This document shows positions 7,354-17,513 of a stretch of 64,000 nt of DNA, piece by piece. The stretch is from Gammaproteobacteria bacterium (GTDB lineage: Bacteria; Pseudomonadota; Gammaproteobacteria; Eutrophobiales; Eutrophobiaceae). Numbering within the stretch: the stretch's first letter is position 1; each line of letters begins with the position of its first letter. The DNA is taken from the NCBI GenBank assembly GCA_965222155.1, contig CBDCTH010000012.1, positions 1,312,001-1,376,000 of the forward strand. The letters are read 5' to 3'. The notes under the pieces were generated by a model, which made no database searches, was not told the DNA's origin, and saw only the letters and a list, made by a program, of their open reading frames with translations. The position numbers were made by a program, and so were the translations under genes.

Positions 7354-9153
7354 ATGTTCTATAAAATAACCGTGGCGGTGGTTTTTATGTTGCTTTTGGC
7401 GCCGCCGGCGCCAGCCCAGCACGAATTGGAAAAAAAGACGTGGAGGGAAATCGATTCAGCCCTCAAGCAAGGAATTAATACCGCTATCATTACAATTGGT
7501 TCGACTGAACAACATGGACCTCAACTGGCTCTGGCGGCCGACTCGGCCGCCGGCGACTGTCTGGCACGCGAGATTGCGGGACGGGTAGGGCAGGCCCTTA
7601 TTACGCCCAACATTCGACTCGGCATCGCCCCCCATCACATGAACTTCCCCGGTACAATCACCGTGCGCGCCCGGATACTTAAATCCCTCGTCTATGAATA
7701 CGTCCATAGTCTCGCATGGCATGGGTTTCGCCACATCGCCATTATCCCAACCCATGGCACTAACTTTGGTATGGCCGGGGAATTGGAAGCAGAACTTGGT
7801 AGACTCTATCCGCACACGAACATTTTTTCTTTTTCCGACGCCGAAGCCTACCTTGGGGCGCTTACCGATACTTCGAAACGTCTGGGTATCGATCTTGCAG
7901 AAGCAGGTTCTCACGCCGGCCTGGCAGAAACAGCAATGATGCTGGCCTGTCAACCGGAACTGGTTGATTTGGAGAACGCTGAACAGGGTTTTATGGGTAA
8001 TGCCTATGCGATGGGTGAAAAGCTCAACCGCGATGGTACTCATACAATCTCGCCGATAGGCGTCCTGGGAGATCCCCGGGGTGCGAGTGCCGAAGCAGGT
8101 AAAGAATATTTAAACAGCCTGGCTACGCTGCTTTCCACCTATGTCATGCAGCGGCGCAAGGGATGGATGCCAGGACTCCCGGGTAACCTGCCCTACGGCG
8201 GTCTGTCTGAGCCTGAAGGCAACCTGGCCGACGCCATCAAAGCGCGCCGGAGCGGAAACTTCGACACAGCCCGGCGACTGTTCAAGGAGAAACTGCGGGA
8301 ACAACCTGATGACCCCATGATACTTTTAGAAGTTGCCAGAACCGACACTCTTGAGAACAAGATTGCTAGCGCAAGGCAAAGTCTGGAGTCATTGCTTCTT
8401 AAAAGAACCAGCAATGAGACGTTAGAGAAAATTCACGACGAGTTGGCGCTGATTTCTGCATACCAGGGCAGGTTTTCTGAGGCCATAGAACACAAGCTTG
8501 AAGCTAAACGTCTTCGGGGTCTACGTAATGATGCGGAGGGTGAAGCGCATAAGCTTTTTTACGTCGCTTATTTTCAGGCGGAAACCGGTCGGGTCAACGA
8601 AGCACTCGACAGCTATCAGCAGGCACTGGAATTGGCGCGGGACACGAGTGATATAAATATTGATATTGAGCATTTAACCGGTTTGGCTATGATCAAATCA
8701 GGGCGGCTGCTCGATGCCGCCCAGCGTCTGCGGGTGATCGGTGACGCTGTTCGCGATCCTGAATACCAATCTCATATTCGTCGCTTCTATCACCTGAATG
8801 GCGAAATTCTTCTGCGACGCAACCGACCGGAAGATGCGGGCGTAAACTTTCGAGCTGCTTTAGAGATATATGACCATCCTTTATATCGTGAGAGTATGGC
8901 TCGAGCCAGATGGCAGGAAGGGGATTTAAAGGGTGCTGTTGCTGAACTGGAAACGTTGCTCGCCCTTACCGACCCCAGGTTGGACATTCCCATTCATTTT
9001 GTAAAGGCTCATTATCAACTGGGACAACTGCATGAACAGCTGGGTAATCGGGACCAGGCCCAGGATTGGTATCGCCGCTTTTTGCATTTCTGGGGGTCGA
9101 GTGATTTGGATCTTGAGGAAATCCAGGCGGCGCGAGAAAAAATTGCCGGGTAA
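7354..9153 (+). CDS. Creatininase-family amidohydrolase with signal peptide and C-terminal TPR repeats
   Basis: GSTEQHG, HHMNFPGT, HGTN, HAGLAET motifs; TPR-like helices in the last about 310 aa. Confidence 0.85.
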   Translation: MFYKITVAVVFMLLLAPPAPAQHELEKKTWREIDSALKQGINTAIITIGSTEQHGPQLALAADSAAGDCLAREIAGRVGQALITPNIRLGIAPHHMNFPGTITVRARILKSLVYEYVHSLAWHGFRHIAIIPTHGTNFGMAGELEAELGRLYPHTNIFSFSDAEAYLGALTDTSKRLGIDLAEAGSHAGLAETAMMLACQPELVDLENAEQGFMGNAYAMGEKLNRDGTHTISPIGVLGDPRGASAEAGKEYLNSLATLLSTYVMQRRKGWMPGLPGNLPYGGLSEPEGNLADAIKARRSGNFDTARRLFKEKLREQPDDPMILLEVARTDTLENKIASARQSLESLLLKRTSNETLEKIHDELALISAYQGRFSEAIEHKLEAKRLRGLRNDAEGEAHKLFYVAYFQAETGRVNEALDSYQQALELARDTSDINIDIEHLTGLAMIKSGRLLDAAQRLRVIGDAVRDPEYQSHIRRFYHLNGEILLRRNRPEDAGVNFRAALEIYDHPLYRESMARARWQEGDLKGAVAELETLLALTDPRLDIPIHFVKAHYQLGQLHEQLGNRDQAQDWYRRFLHFWGSSDLDLEEIQAAREKIAG

Positions 9154-9242
9154 TTTATTGATAGCTGGTCTGACTTGCGGGAGAAACCGCGATAAATCTT
9201 GCACCATCAATTACAAAAGCAAAAAACCACATTAAAAATTAT

Positions 9243-11195
9243 GTGGTTATTTTTGTTATTTTGCTGACAGGCAGTAGTAATCCTGTAGCGCAGGAGCAAA
9301 CTCGCGAGCAATCTGATAACAGTCCGGATCATGTACTGCCGGATAGTAGTATGTATGGATGGTCTACCTACGGCGGTTCTCCAGGAGGCGGTCAATATTC
9401 ACCACTCAGCCGGATTAATAGACATAACGTCGAAGGACTCAAGGTTGCCTGGGTATATCACAGTGGTGATGTATCGGACGGTACGGATGGTACTGCCGTC
9501 ACTCCTCTGGAGGTAAATCCCATTCTGGCCAATGGCAGGCTTTATATTTGCACGCCATTTAATCGTATCGTCGCGTTGGATGCGGGAACGGGAACCGAGG
9601 CGTGGAGCTATGATCCAGAAATAGATAAAGAGAATACTTATTCAAAAGGCAGTTATTGCAGGGGTGTGGCGTATTGGTCTGAATCTACAACAAATAATCA
9701 GGAAGACGCTTGCAATAAACGCGTGTTAAGCGGTATTGGTGACGGGCGTTTGATTGCAGTTGATGCGGATACGGGCAGGACCTGCAGTGACTTTGGAAAT
9801 AACGGTCAAATCGATTTAAATACGTTTGACTATCATGGTGAGGGCAGTATATCCCTGACTTCACCACCGGCAATTTACCAGGATGTTGTTATTGTTGGAT
9901 CTACAATCCTTGATGGCGAATGGGCGAACGCCCCGGATGGTATAGTCAGGGGATTTGATGTACGCAGCGGTCAGGAGTTATGGAGCTGGAACCCGATTCC
10001 GGAACAATTGCGTGACACTCTCGGAGGAGCAAATACATGGGCGCCGATATCAATTGACAGCAAACGCGGCTGGGTCTTTTTGCCGACCGGCAGCCCCAGC
10101 CATGATCCGTATGGATTAAACCGATCTGAAGCTATTCCTCATGGTAATGCTGTAGTGGTGTTGGACGCCCTGACGGGCGAGGAGATCTGGTCGTACCAGA
10201 CGCTGCACCACGATCTGTGGGATTACGATCTACCGTCTATGCCGGCCCTGGTTGAGCTGAACCACAATGGCAGTAAGGTGGAGGCTGTTCTGCAGGCGAC
10301 GAAAACCGGCTTCTTGTTTGTATTGGACAGGTCGACGGGACGGCCATTGTTCCCTGTGAAAGAAATGAAGGTTCCGCAATCGGACGTGGAGGGCGAGAAA
10401 TCTTCGCCTACTCAACCGGTTCCACAAGTGCCGCCACCGTTTACAGCGCAAACCATCATGGCAGATGATGCCTGGGGGCTGACATTCTGGGACAAAAAAC
10501 AGTGTCGCAACAAGATCCTGGCATTAAGAAATGAGGGTTTATTCACACCACCCGGTGTCCATGGCTCTGTGCTTTATCCTTCTGTTTCCGGAGGCAGTAA
10601 CTGGGGAGGAGTTGCCTATGATCCGGAATCCGGTCTGGCAGTTATTAACTCCACGAATATTCTGACGTCACAAAAACTGGTGCCCCGTAAAGAATTTGAG
10701 GCGTCAGGTGACTCACAAAATAAAGCCGGGCGCTCAATCGCCTTGATGCCCGGGACGCCGTTCGTATGGATACGGGAAACTCTGACATCCGGTTTCGGTA
10801 TCCCGTGTAATCCTCCTCCATGGGGTAATTTAACTGCAATCGATACTTCCACCGGGAAAATACATTGGCAAATTCCTTTCGGACGCAAACCGTTCGGATT
10901 CGGGTTGTTTCATACGCCGCGAAGCTGGGGTTCACCTAATCAAGGTGGACCGATCATTACCAAAGGAGGACTGATTTTTATCGGGGCAAGTCTTGATAAC
11001 CGGATCCGGGCATACGATCTTTACTCGGGTGAAGAATTATGGAGTGCGGAGCTTCCTGCACCCGCTAATGCCACGCCCATGACCTATTTTCATAGTGAGA
11101 GCAACCGGCAATTTATTGTTATTGCGGCGGGTGGTTACCCTACCTTTAAAACTGAATTGAGTGACGCTATCGTAGCTTTTACATTACCTGAATAA
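9243..11195 (+). CDS. PQQ-dependent dehydrogenase (glucose/quinate/shikimate family, lacking the multi-TM N-terminal anchor)
   Basis: YSPLSRINRHNV, CRGVAYW, HHDLWDYDLPS, PPWG, ATPMTY. Confidence 0.9.
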   Translation: MVIFVILLTGSSNPVAQEQTREQSDNSPDHVLPDSSMYGWSTYGGSPGGGQYSPLSRINRHNVEGLKVAWVYHSGDVSDGTDGTAVTPLEVNPILANGRLYICTPFNRIVALDAGTGTEAWSYDPEIDKENTYSKGSYCRGVAYWSESTTNNQEDACNKRVLSGIGDGRLIAVDADTGRTCSDFGNNGQIDLNTFDYHGEGSISLTSPPAIYQDVVIVGSTILDGEWANAPDGIVRGFDVRSGQELWSWNPIPEQLRDTLGGANTWAPISIDSKRGWVFLPTGSPSHDPYGLNRSEAIPHGNAVVVLDALTGEEIWSYQTLHHDLWDYDLPSMPALVELNHNGSKVEAVLQATKTGFLFVLDRSTGRPLFPVKEMKVPQSDVEGEKSSPTQPVPQVPPPFTAQTIMADDAWGLTFWDKKQCRNKILALRNEGLFTPPGVHGSVLYPSVSGGSNWGGVAYDPESGLAVINSTNILTSQKLVPRKEFEASGDSQNKAGRSIALMPGTPFVWIRETLTSGFGIPCNPPPWGNLTAIDTSTGKIHWQIPFGRKPFGFGLFHTPRSWGSPNQGGPIITKGGLIFIGASLDNRIRAYDLYSGEELWSAELPAPANATPMTYFHSESNRQFIVIAAGGYPTFKTELSDAIVAFTLPE

Positions 11196-11528
11196 TTATT
11201 ATCGTTCTCAAATCAGTCGGAGCGATTGCGATCCCGACCGCGACGATCGCAGCCATCCAGCCCCCGCCCGTTATGATTCGATCAACATCTCACGTGCGCG
11301 TTGCAGTTCGGCGAGCGCGTCTCGGGTAAGACCGGCCCGCGAGATAGTTGCTTCCCGAGCACTGTGTATGAGCTCCTCCGCCCTGCGCAATCTCCCCACC
11401 GCCAGCGGATGGAGATTCACGCCGTCGAGAACGATGATGGCGTCTTCCGTATGATATGAGCCAAATAATAGTTATAATCGGCTCATTTTTAAATGTATAA
11501 TGAGATGAATAGAGATTATAATCGGCTC

Positions 11529-12647
11529 ATGAAATATAACTGGCAGCAATCAGATTGGCCACGGTTTACCTATACGCTAGGGGAAGCGGAGGACATACTC
11601 TTTGAGTTTACTGAAAGGGTAGGCCGTATAAGTGGCCTGCTGGAAGGTCTGCCTGAAAACATCAAGACAGAAACCATGATCGACATAATGGTCTCTGAAG
11701 CGATTAAAACGTCGGAGATAGAAGGGGAATATTTAAGCCGTGAAGATGTCAGGTCTTCTATATGTAATCAGTTGGGTATTACCCAAACCCAGGAGCAAGT
11801 ACGTGATCAAAGGGCTAATGGAGCAGGTCAACTTATAATTACTATACGTAGGGACTATGCAAGAAGGCTTACAAAAAAAATGCTCATGGATTGGCATAAA
11901 ATGCTGATGCAAGGGAGTAAAGGCATCACTATTGGGAAATGGCGTACCCATGAAGAGCCAATGCAAGTGATCACCGGCCCAATGGGTAGAGAAAAGGTCC
12001 ATTTTGAAGCACCGCCTTCTGCCGTTGTCCCAGATGAAATGCAACGCTTTATTAATTGGTTCAATAAAACGACTCCCGGAGGCCCACAGGGAATCAACAA
12101 GCCACCGGTTAGAGCAGGTATTGCCCATCTCTATTTTGAGAGTATCCATCCGTTTGAAGATGGCAATGGCCGAATTGGCAGGGCCATTTCGGAAAAAGCC
12201 TTACTGCAAGGAATAGGGCGTCCTGCTTTATTCAGCTTGTCCAAGACCATAGAGGCTGAAAGAAGGGCTTATTATGATGCGTTAAAATCAGCGCAGCGAT
12301 CTAATGATATCACTGCATGGATAGAATATTTTATGCAAACGTGTTTGGATGCCCAGGTTCAGACTGAAGAACTTATTAATTTCACGCTCAAAAAAACCAG
12401 GTTCTTTGATTATTTTAGAGATCAGTTGAATGAACGCCAGTTACGAATTGTTCAACGTATGTTAAAAGAAGGGCCGCAAGGTTTTGAGGGAGGTATGAGC
12501 GCAAAAAAATATATCAGCATTACAAAAACCTCTAAGGCGACTGCGACCAGGGATTTACAGGACTTGGTAAAAAAGAGCGTCCTCAAGCCTAAGGGTGGTG
12601 GCCGTAGTAGCGCTTATGAAGTGAATTTGAATGTTGAAATACCTTAA
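11529..12647 (+). CDS. Fic family protein (DUF4172-Fic-wHTH)
   Basis: HPFEDGNGRIGR Fic motif; WQQSDWPRF N-terminus; ATATRDL HTH. Confidence 0.92.
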   Translation: MKYNWQQSDWPRFTYTLGEAEDILFEFTERVGRISGLLEGLPENIKTETMIDIMVSEAIKTSEIEGEYLSREDVRSSICNQLGITQTQEQVRDQRANGAGQLIITIRRDYARRLTKKMLMDWHKMLMQGSKGITIGKWRTHEEPMQVITGPMGREKVHFEAPPSAVVPDEMQRFINWFNKTTPGGPQGINKPPVRAGIAHLYFESIHPFEDGNGRIGRAISEKALLQGIGRPALFSLSKTIEAERRAYYDALKSAQRSNDITAWIEYFMQTCLDAQVQTEELINFTLKKTRFFDYFRDQLNERQLRIVQRMLKEGPQGFEGGMSAKKYISITKTSKATATRDLQDLVKKSVLKPKGGGRSSAYEVNLNVEIP

Positions 12648-12744
12648 TTAGAAGCAAGTTAAATACATGGTGCGGGTGGTCGTAACTTCTCAATAACCTC
12701 GTACATTTTCCTGGGAGCGAGGGCAAGATACCATCGTTCCGGGA

Positions 12745-12960
12745 GAAGACCCGACACTCGAACAAGCGATTCAAGACCGTGTTCAATGGGCGAGGTCAGT
12801 TCATGAGAGTGACGACATGCCCGCTTTTGAACGTTGCCAGTCCGGTATCCGTAGCCCATTTTATGAGCAAGGCAGATTGTCCGTCCCTTACGAACGTTGC
12901 CTCTGGGAATTTAACCAATGGTGGGCGGAACAATTAGGTGAGCGAATCTTGGAAGGATAG
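12745..12960 (+). pseudogene. C-terminal fragment of a Rieske ring-hydroxylating oxygenase alpha subunit
   Basis: Manual translation DDMPAFERCQSGIRSPFYEQGRLSVPYERCLWEFNQWW; no start codon or Rieske domain. Confidence 0.55.
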
Positions 12961-12980
12961 GAAAATCTATCCGCATCCTC

Positions 12981-13009
12981 TTGAAAACCGGATGTAATTA
13001 CATTATGCT
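12981..13009 (+). promoter_or_regulatory. sigma70 promoter with palindromic operator for the mazEF-like pair
   Basis: TTGAAA-17-TATGCT with the palindrome ATGTAATTACAT (12992-13003) in the spacer. Confidence 0.6.
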
Positions 13010-13044
13010 TACTTAAAGTCGTTTAATGTACAAGGATCAAAATC

Positions 13045-13299
13045 ATGGTTCACTTAGTTAAAATTGGTAATTCGCAGGGTATCAGGATTCCGAAACCACT
13101 CGTAGAACAAGCTCAGCTGGAAGGGAAAGAGCTTAAATTACAGGTAGTCAGCAACGGTCTCCTGGTTACTCCGAATAACAGGGCCAGAGAAGGCTGGAAA
13201 GAATCCATTGAGGCAGCAATAGCTACACATGGTGTTGAAGTAATAGATAATGCATGGTTGGATGCAACATTAACATCCGATGAAGAATTGGAATGGTAA
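13045..13299 (+). CDS. mazE: AbrB/MazE-family antitoxin
   Basis: LVKIGNSQGIRIPK. Confidence 0.9.
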   Translation: MVHLVKIGNSQGIRIPKPLVEQAQLEGKELKLQVVSNGLLVTPNNRAREGWKESIEAAIATHGVEVIDNAWLDATLTSDEELEW

Positions 13300-13622
13300 T
13301 GCCGGAAATTGCCCGCTTCCAGATCTGGCTCATAAAGCTTACTCCGACCCAGGGCAGAGAAATCGGTAAAACAAGGCCATGTATCGTGATTTCACCCAAT
13401 GAAATGGCTGCATTATCTACTGTGCTGGTAGCTCCAATGACAACAAAGGGGTTTCATTTATCCTGTCGAGTCAGGTGTGAATTTCAAGGGAAGGAAGGGA
13501 TGATCCTCCTGGATCAAATCAGGGCGGTTGATAAATCAAGATTAGTAAAAAAACTGGGTGTTATTGATGAGACTGCTCAGAAGGAGTCGTGTAGGCGCCT
13601 CCAGGAATTATTTGCGTACTGA
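13293..13622 (+). CDS. mazF: PemK/MazF-family toxin
   Basis: PTQGREIGKTRPCIVIS, LDQIRAVDKSRL. Confidence 0.92.
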   Translation: MVMPEIARFQIWLIKLTPTQGREIGKTRPCIVISPNEMAALSTVLVAPMTTKGFHLSCRVRCEFQGKEGMILLDQIRAVDKSRLVKKLGVIDETAQKESCRRLQELFAY

Positions 13623-13748
13623 ACTGGTGGTTTCAGGCCGTGACTGCCCATACCGATGGCATGGTTAACAGATTATACCGGAGACCTTGCTAACACTTTC
13701 GCCATGAAGGGATTACCTGTCAGGGAAGTTTGCGCTATACTCTCTCAT

Positions 13749-14102
13749 ATGGGTAAATGTAGCCGACTGATGCTGTTTATTACGCTATTCTCACTCGTCT
13801 TTCAGGTCCCCGCAGGCGTATTTGAATTTTGTTCCCAGACTTCCCGCGAGAACTCCCGGTTTGAAAACCAAAAAGACGTAACAAATATAACAGTGAATTG
13901 TCACCAGACCGAGGCCGACAAGAACAATTCAACTGAAATCTGCGTTGCCCAGCATTGCTGTATCGGCGCCGGCGTCTCCGCCATGTTCCAACTTGATGGC
14001 ACGGGGCCGAATACCAATAGTACGCTCATCGCTTACTTTGGTAACGCCTACCCTTATTCTCGTCTGGACAGTATTTTCCATCCCCCAAAACTTCTCCTGT
14101 AG
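13749..14102 (+). CDS. Small Cys/His exported protein (CopL/DUF2946-like)
   Basis: Hydrophobic N-terminus, CH...C...HCC, ends in HPPK; upstream of a multicopper oxidase. Confidence 0.5.
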   Translation: MGKCSRLMLFITLFSLVFQVPAGVFEFCSQTSRENSRFENQKDVTNITVNCHQTEADKNNSTEICVAQHCCIGAGVSAMFQLDGTGPNTNSTLIAYFGNAYPYSRLDSIFHPPKLLL

Positions 14103-14237
14103 CTCGTCTGTCTCAACAGAGAGTGCGGGCAGTTCTGTTTGATCCGGACGCGTACCCCTTGCGGGGGATATGCCAGGTCAATCCTGTATGGCCTTTGCGT
14201 AAAGGGTCAACCTGTCACATATACGGGGATATAATTT

Positions 14238-16259
14238 ATGCACAAGTTTTTGTTATCCGTACTGCTATGGCACATCCTGTCTGTGCCGTGCGGAAGTATG
14301 GCTGATATGGTCAGTCATGAGTTTGATATCGACTACCTGGATGTCAACGTTACCGGCAAACCGGTGCGTGCCATGGTGATCGATGGCAACATTCCCGGCC
14401 CGACGATACAGGCAAACCTGAATGACACGCTTAAAATTACCTTTAATAACCGGATGGACGTCGAGACTTCCATCCACTGGCATGGTGTTCTCCTGCCGAA
14501 CGATCAGGATGGCGTGCCGTACCTGACAACAGCGCCGATTGCAGCCGGAGGATCGTTAACCTTTGAATACCCCGTCACCCATTCCGGCACCTACTGGTAT
14601 CACGCCCACACCGGGTTACAGGAGCAGCGTGGACTTTATGGCGCGCTGGTATTTCACAACCCGGCAGAGACCTATCATTACGATACGGAACTGGTCCTGG
14701 TCTTGTCGGATTGGACCGATGAACACCCGGGAACGGTGCTGAGGAATCTCAAACGTGAAGCTGATTATTATGCGCTGAAAAAAAATACCGTCCAGTCCTG
14801 GCAGGGTGTGATGCAAAACGGCAGGCAGGCGCTGAAAAACAGGATCAATAGCGCCTTGATTCGTATGGGTCCCATGGACCTGTCCGACGTAGGTTATGAT
14901 GCGTTCCTGATCAATGGAAAACAAAGCCTGCATAATACTGAAATCAGACCGGGCGAGAGGGTCAGGCTCAGGATAATCAATGCTTCGGCTTCCAGTTATT
15001 TTCACGTCGAGTTCAGCGGTGGCGACATGACCCTGATAGAGGCGGACGGCGTGGCCGTCGTGGACAGAACCGTCGAGAGGTTGCGGCTGGCAACGGCTGA
15101 AACCTATGACGTAATCATTGAGATGCGCGCCGATAAACGTTATGAGCTGCGGGCAACGGCGGAAGACGGCTCAGGGTATGCCTCCTATTACCTGGGTTCG
15201 GGTGAACCGGTTCCCGTTCTCCCTGCGATAAAACCCAATCTTTACCTGGTGGGGCATGAAAGCCATAGTCGCAGGCGCGGTAAAACAGTTCACGCTGACC
15301 GGCATGGTTCCATGCACGGTACCAGCGAATATGCCGGTTTGAGGGCGAAAAACCCGACTTCTTTTGATGCGGAACGGAAAACCAGGGAAATAGCCCTGCG
15401 GTTAACCGGGAGCATGGATAGATATACCTGGTCGTTCGATGATAAAACCCTGACCGAGGTCGACAAGATCAGGATCAAAAAGGGTGAGGTTGTACGTTTC
15501 AAGTTAATCAATGAGACGATGATGCACCATCCCATCCATTTGCATGGTCATTTCTTCCGGGTACTGAATGGTGAGCATGATTACGCGCCGTTAAAACATA
15601 CGGTCAATGTGCCACCATTGGATACGGTCATTATTGAATTCGCCGCTGACGAGGAAAAGGACTGGTTTTTTCATTGTCACAACCTGTATCACATGAAGAG
15701 CGGCATGGCGCGGGTGGTGAGTTATTTGCCTGCCGGGGAAGATGATTATCGCAATTCAAGGTACTACCGGTATCACGTTGAAAACGACGATCCCTGGTAT
15801 CGCTTTGCGGATACGTCGTTTCAATCCGATATGATGGCCGGGCGGTTATGGGCGTACAACCGGCGCAATGGTGTTGAGGTGGCGTATGACTACGATTACG
15901 AGGATGAATACGATGTTGAGGTAAGTTACCTAAGACAAATAACGCGCTTCTTATCACTGTATGCAGGCGCCAACTTTGAACGGGACGAATCCGATACCGA
16001 CGACCTTGTAGTAGCGGGCGTAAACTACACGTTGCCGCTGTTAATTGATTCAGAGTTACGCATCGACAGCGACGGTCATTTCCGCTTGGAACTGGAAAGC
16101 GGTCTTCAATTGACGAACCGGCTTCGATTTGATTGGAACTGGAATACCGAAGATGAGTACCGGGTCCGGTTTTCCTATGAAATCAATAAGAAGATGGCCA
16201 TTACCGGCGGGTATGATTCAGATTTCAAGTCCGGGGCAGGGTTTGAGTATCGGTATTAA
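14238..16259 (+). CDS. copA: CopA-type multicopper oxidase with C-terminal beta-rich extension
   Basis: HWHG, WYHAH, HPIHLHGH, HCHNLYHM copper motifs. Confidence 0.9.
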   Translation: MHKFLLSVLLWHILSVPCGSMADMVSHEFDIDYLDVNVTGKPVRAMVIDGNIPGPTIQANLNDTLKITFNNRMDVETSIHWHGVLLPNDQDGVPYLTTAPIAAGGSLTFEYPVTHSGTYWYHAHTGLQEQRGLYGALVFHNPAETYHYDTELVLVLSDWTDEHPGTVLRNLKREADYYALKKNTVQSWQGVMQNGRQALKNRINSALIRMGPMDLSDVGYDAFLINGKQSLHNTEIRPGERVRLRIINASASSYFHVEFSGGDMTLIEADGVAVVDRTVERLRLATAETYDVIIEMRADKRYELRATAEDGSGYASYYLGSGEPVPVLPAIKPNLYLVGHESHSRRRGKTVHADRHGSMHGTSEYAGLRAKNPTSFDAERKTREIALRLTGSMDRYTWSFDDKTLTEVDKIRIKKGEVVRFKLINETMMHHPIHLHGHFFRVLNGEHDYAPLKHTVNVPPLDTVIIEFAADEEKDWFFHCHNLYHMKSGMARVVSYLPAGEDDYRNSRYYRYHVENDDPWYRFADTSFQSDMMAGRLWAYNRRNGVEVAYDYDYEDEYDVEVSYLRQITRFLSLYAGANFERDESDTDDLVVAGVNYTLPLLIDSELRIDSDGHFRLELESGLQLTNRLRFDWNWNTEDEYRVRFSYEINKKMAITGGYDSDFKSGAGFEYRY

Positions 16260-16348
16260 AATCAATTGAAGTCCGCGGTTCCTCCTTAAATCGAAGCGAA
16301 TCGAAGCGAATTGATAATCTGTAGCCGTATGACTACAATATTATTATC

Positions 16349-16636
16349 ATGGAGCTTCATAAAACGGACGTTTATGCCAGCTGGCTTGACGGCTTGCGGG
16401 ATATCCGTGCCAGGGCTCGTGTACAGGCACGGGCCGAACACTTAGCTGCTGGAAATTCGGGAGACGCAAGGCCTGTAAGCGAAGGTGTTTCAGAATTACG
16501 AATTGATTACGGCCCAGGTTATCGCGTGTACTACAAAAAACAAGGCCAAAGAATAATTGTTTTATTGGCAGGTGGTATCAAACGCGCACAAACCAGTGAC
16601 ATCAAGAGGGCCTTGAGTCTGGCTCAAAATTTGTAA
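16349..16636 (+). CDS. RelE/ParE-superfamily addiction-module toxin
   Basis: GVSELRIDYGPGYRVY. Confidence 0.9.
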   Translation: MELHKTDVYASWLDGLRDIRARARVQARAEHLAAGNSGDARPVSEGVSELRIDYGPGYRVYYKKQGQRIIVLLAGGIKRAQTSDIKRALSLAQNL

Positions 16637-16645
16637 GTATGCAAA

Positions 16646-16984
16646 ATGACTAAAACTGTTACTTCTCCTTACGACGTGGCCGAGCACCTTCGCACACCGG
16701 AGGAAATGGCTGCCTACCTGGATGCCTGCCTGGAGGAAGCGGACGGGGATGCTGCATTCATTGCGAAGGGACTGGGCGATATCGCTCGTGCCAAGGGTAT
16801 GTCCCAGGTGGCGTATGATGCAGGCTTATCCCGCGAAAGTCTTTACAAGGCACTTTCCGGGCAACGTTGTCCCACGTTTGACACAATCCTCAAGGTCGTT
16901 CGCGCATTGGGCTTGAAGCTGAACGCTGAAGCTGTACACCCAGCCAATTCAACTGTTCAGCAAACAGTGTCAACTGATCGCTGA
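16646..16984 (+). CDS. Addiction-module antidote protein (HTH)
   Basis: GLGDIARAKGMSQVA...GLSRESLYKALS...PTFDTILKV. Confidence 0.9.
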   Translation: MTKTVTSPYDVAEHLRTPEEMAAYLDACLEEADGDAAFIAKGLGDIARAKGMSQVAYDAGLSRESLYKALSGQRCPTFDTILKVVRALGLKLNAEAVHPANSTVQQTVSTDR

Positions 16985-16999
16985 ATTCTTCAAATTCAA

Positions 17000-17187
17000 C
17001 CGTATCCCATTCTGATTTATTCACGGGCTTTGCTTGATTTTCGGTGTTGTAAAAGCATCAGGACACCTTTTTCAAGCAGTCGCAGATATTTGTCTGCTTG
17101 AGATTTATCCCAGTTCTAATTTGTATGACGCCAAATTTGTGCTACATCCTGGTCGGTTATTGGAGTGAGTCTGTACCTGGTCTTCAT
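17000..17187 (-). pseudogene. ParE-like toxin remnant
   Basis: MKTRYRLTPITDQDVAQIWRHTN*NWDKSQADKYLRLLEK with internal stops. Confidence 0.65.
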
Positions 17188-17513
17188 ATCCGTCCCTAGT
17201 CAGAAATGGTTTAGTGGACTATAGCGAAGAACGGGGCACCTCAAGGTAGAAGTCATTTAAGAATCTGGACCGAAGATTAGGAGTGTCTCAATGCAGACAG
17301 TCACTATGCGAACAATAAATGTTCTATCTCTATGATGTAGTTGATTGTTGAATTGACTGACTTTAAATAAAAAAGTGTGCGTATTTAAGGGTAAAATCAG
17401 GAATAATCACTTCGTTAACTGACAAGGAGCTTCAACCGGACATTTTTCGCGGCGTTCTGAATTTGTCGGTGAATGAGGCATTACTCGCAAAACAATTTCA
17501 AACCGGAGAGTAA

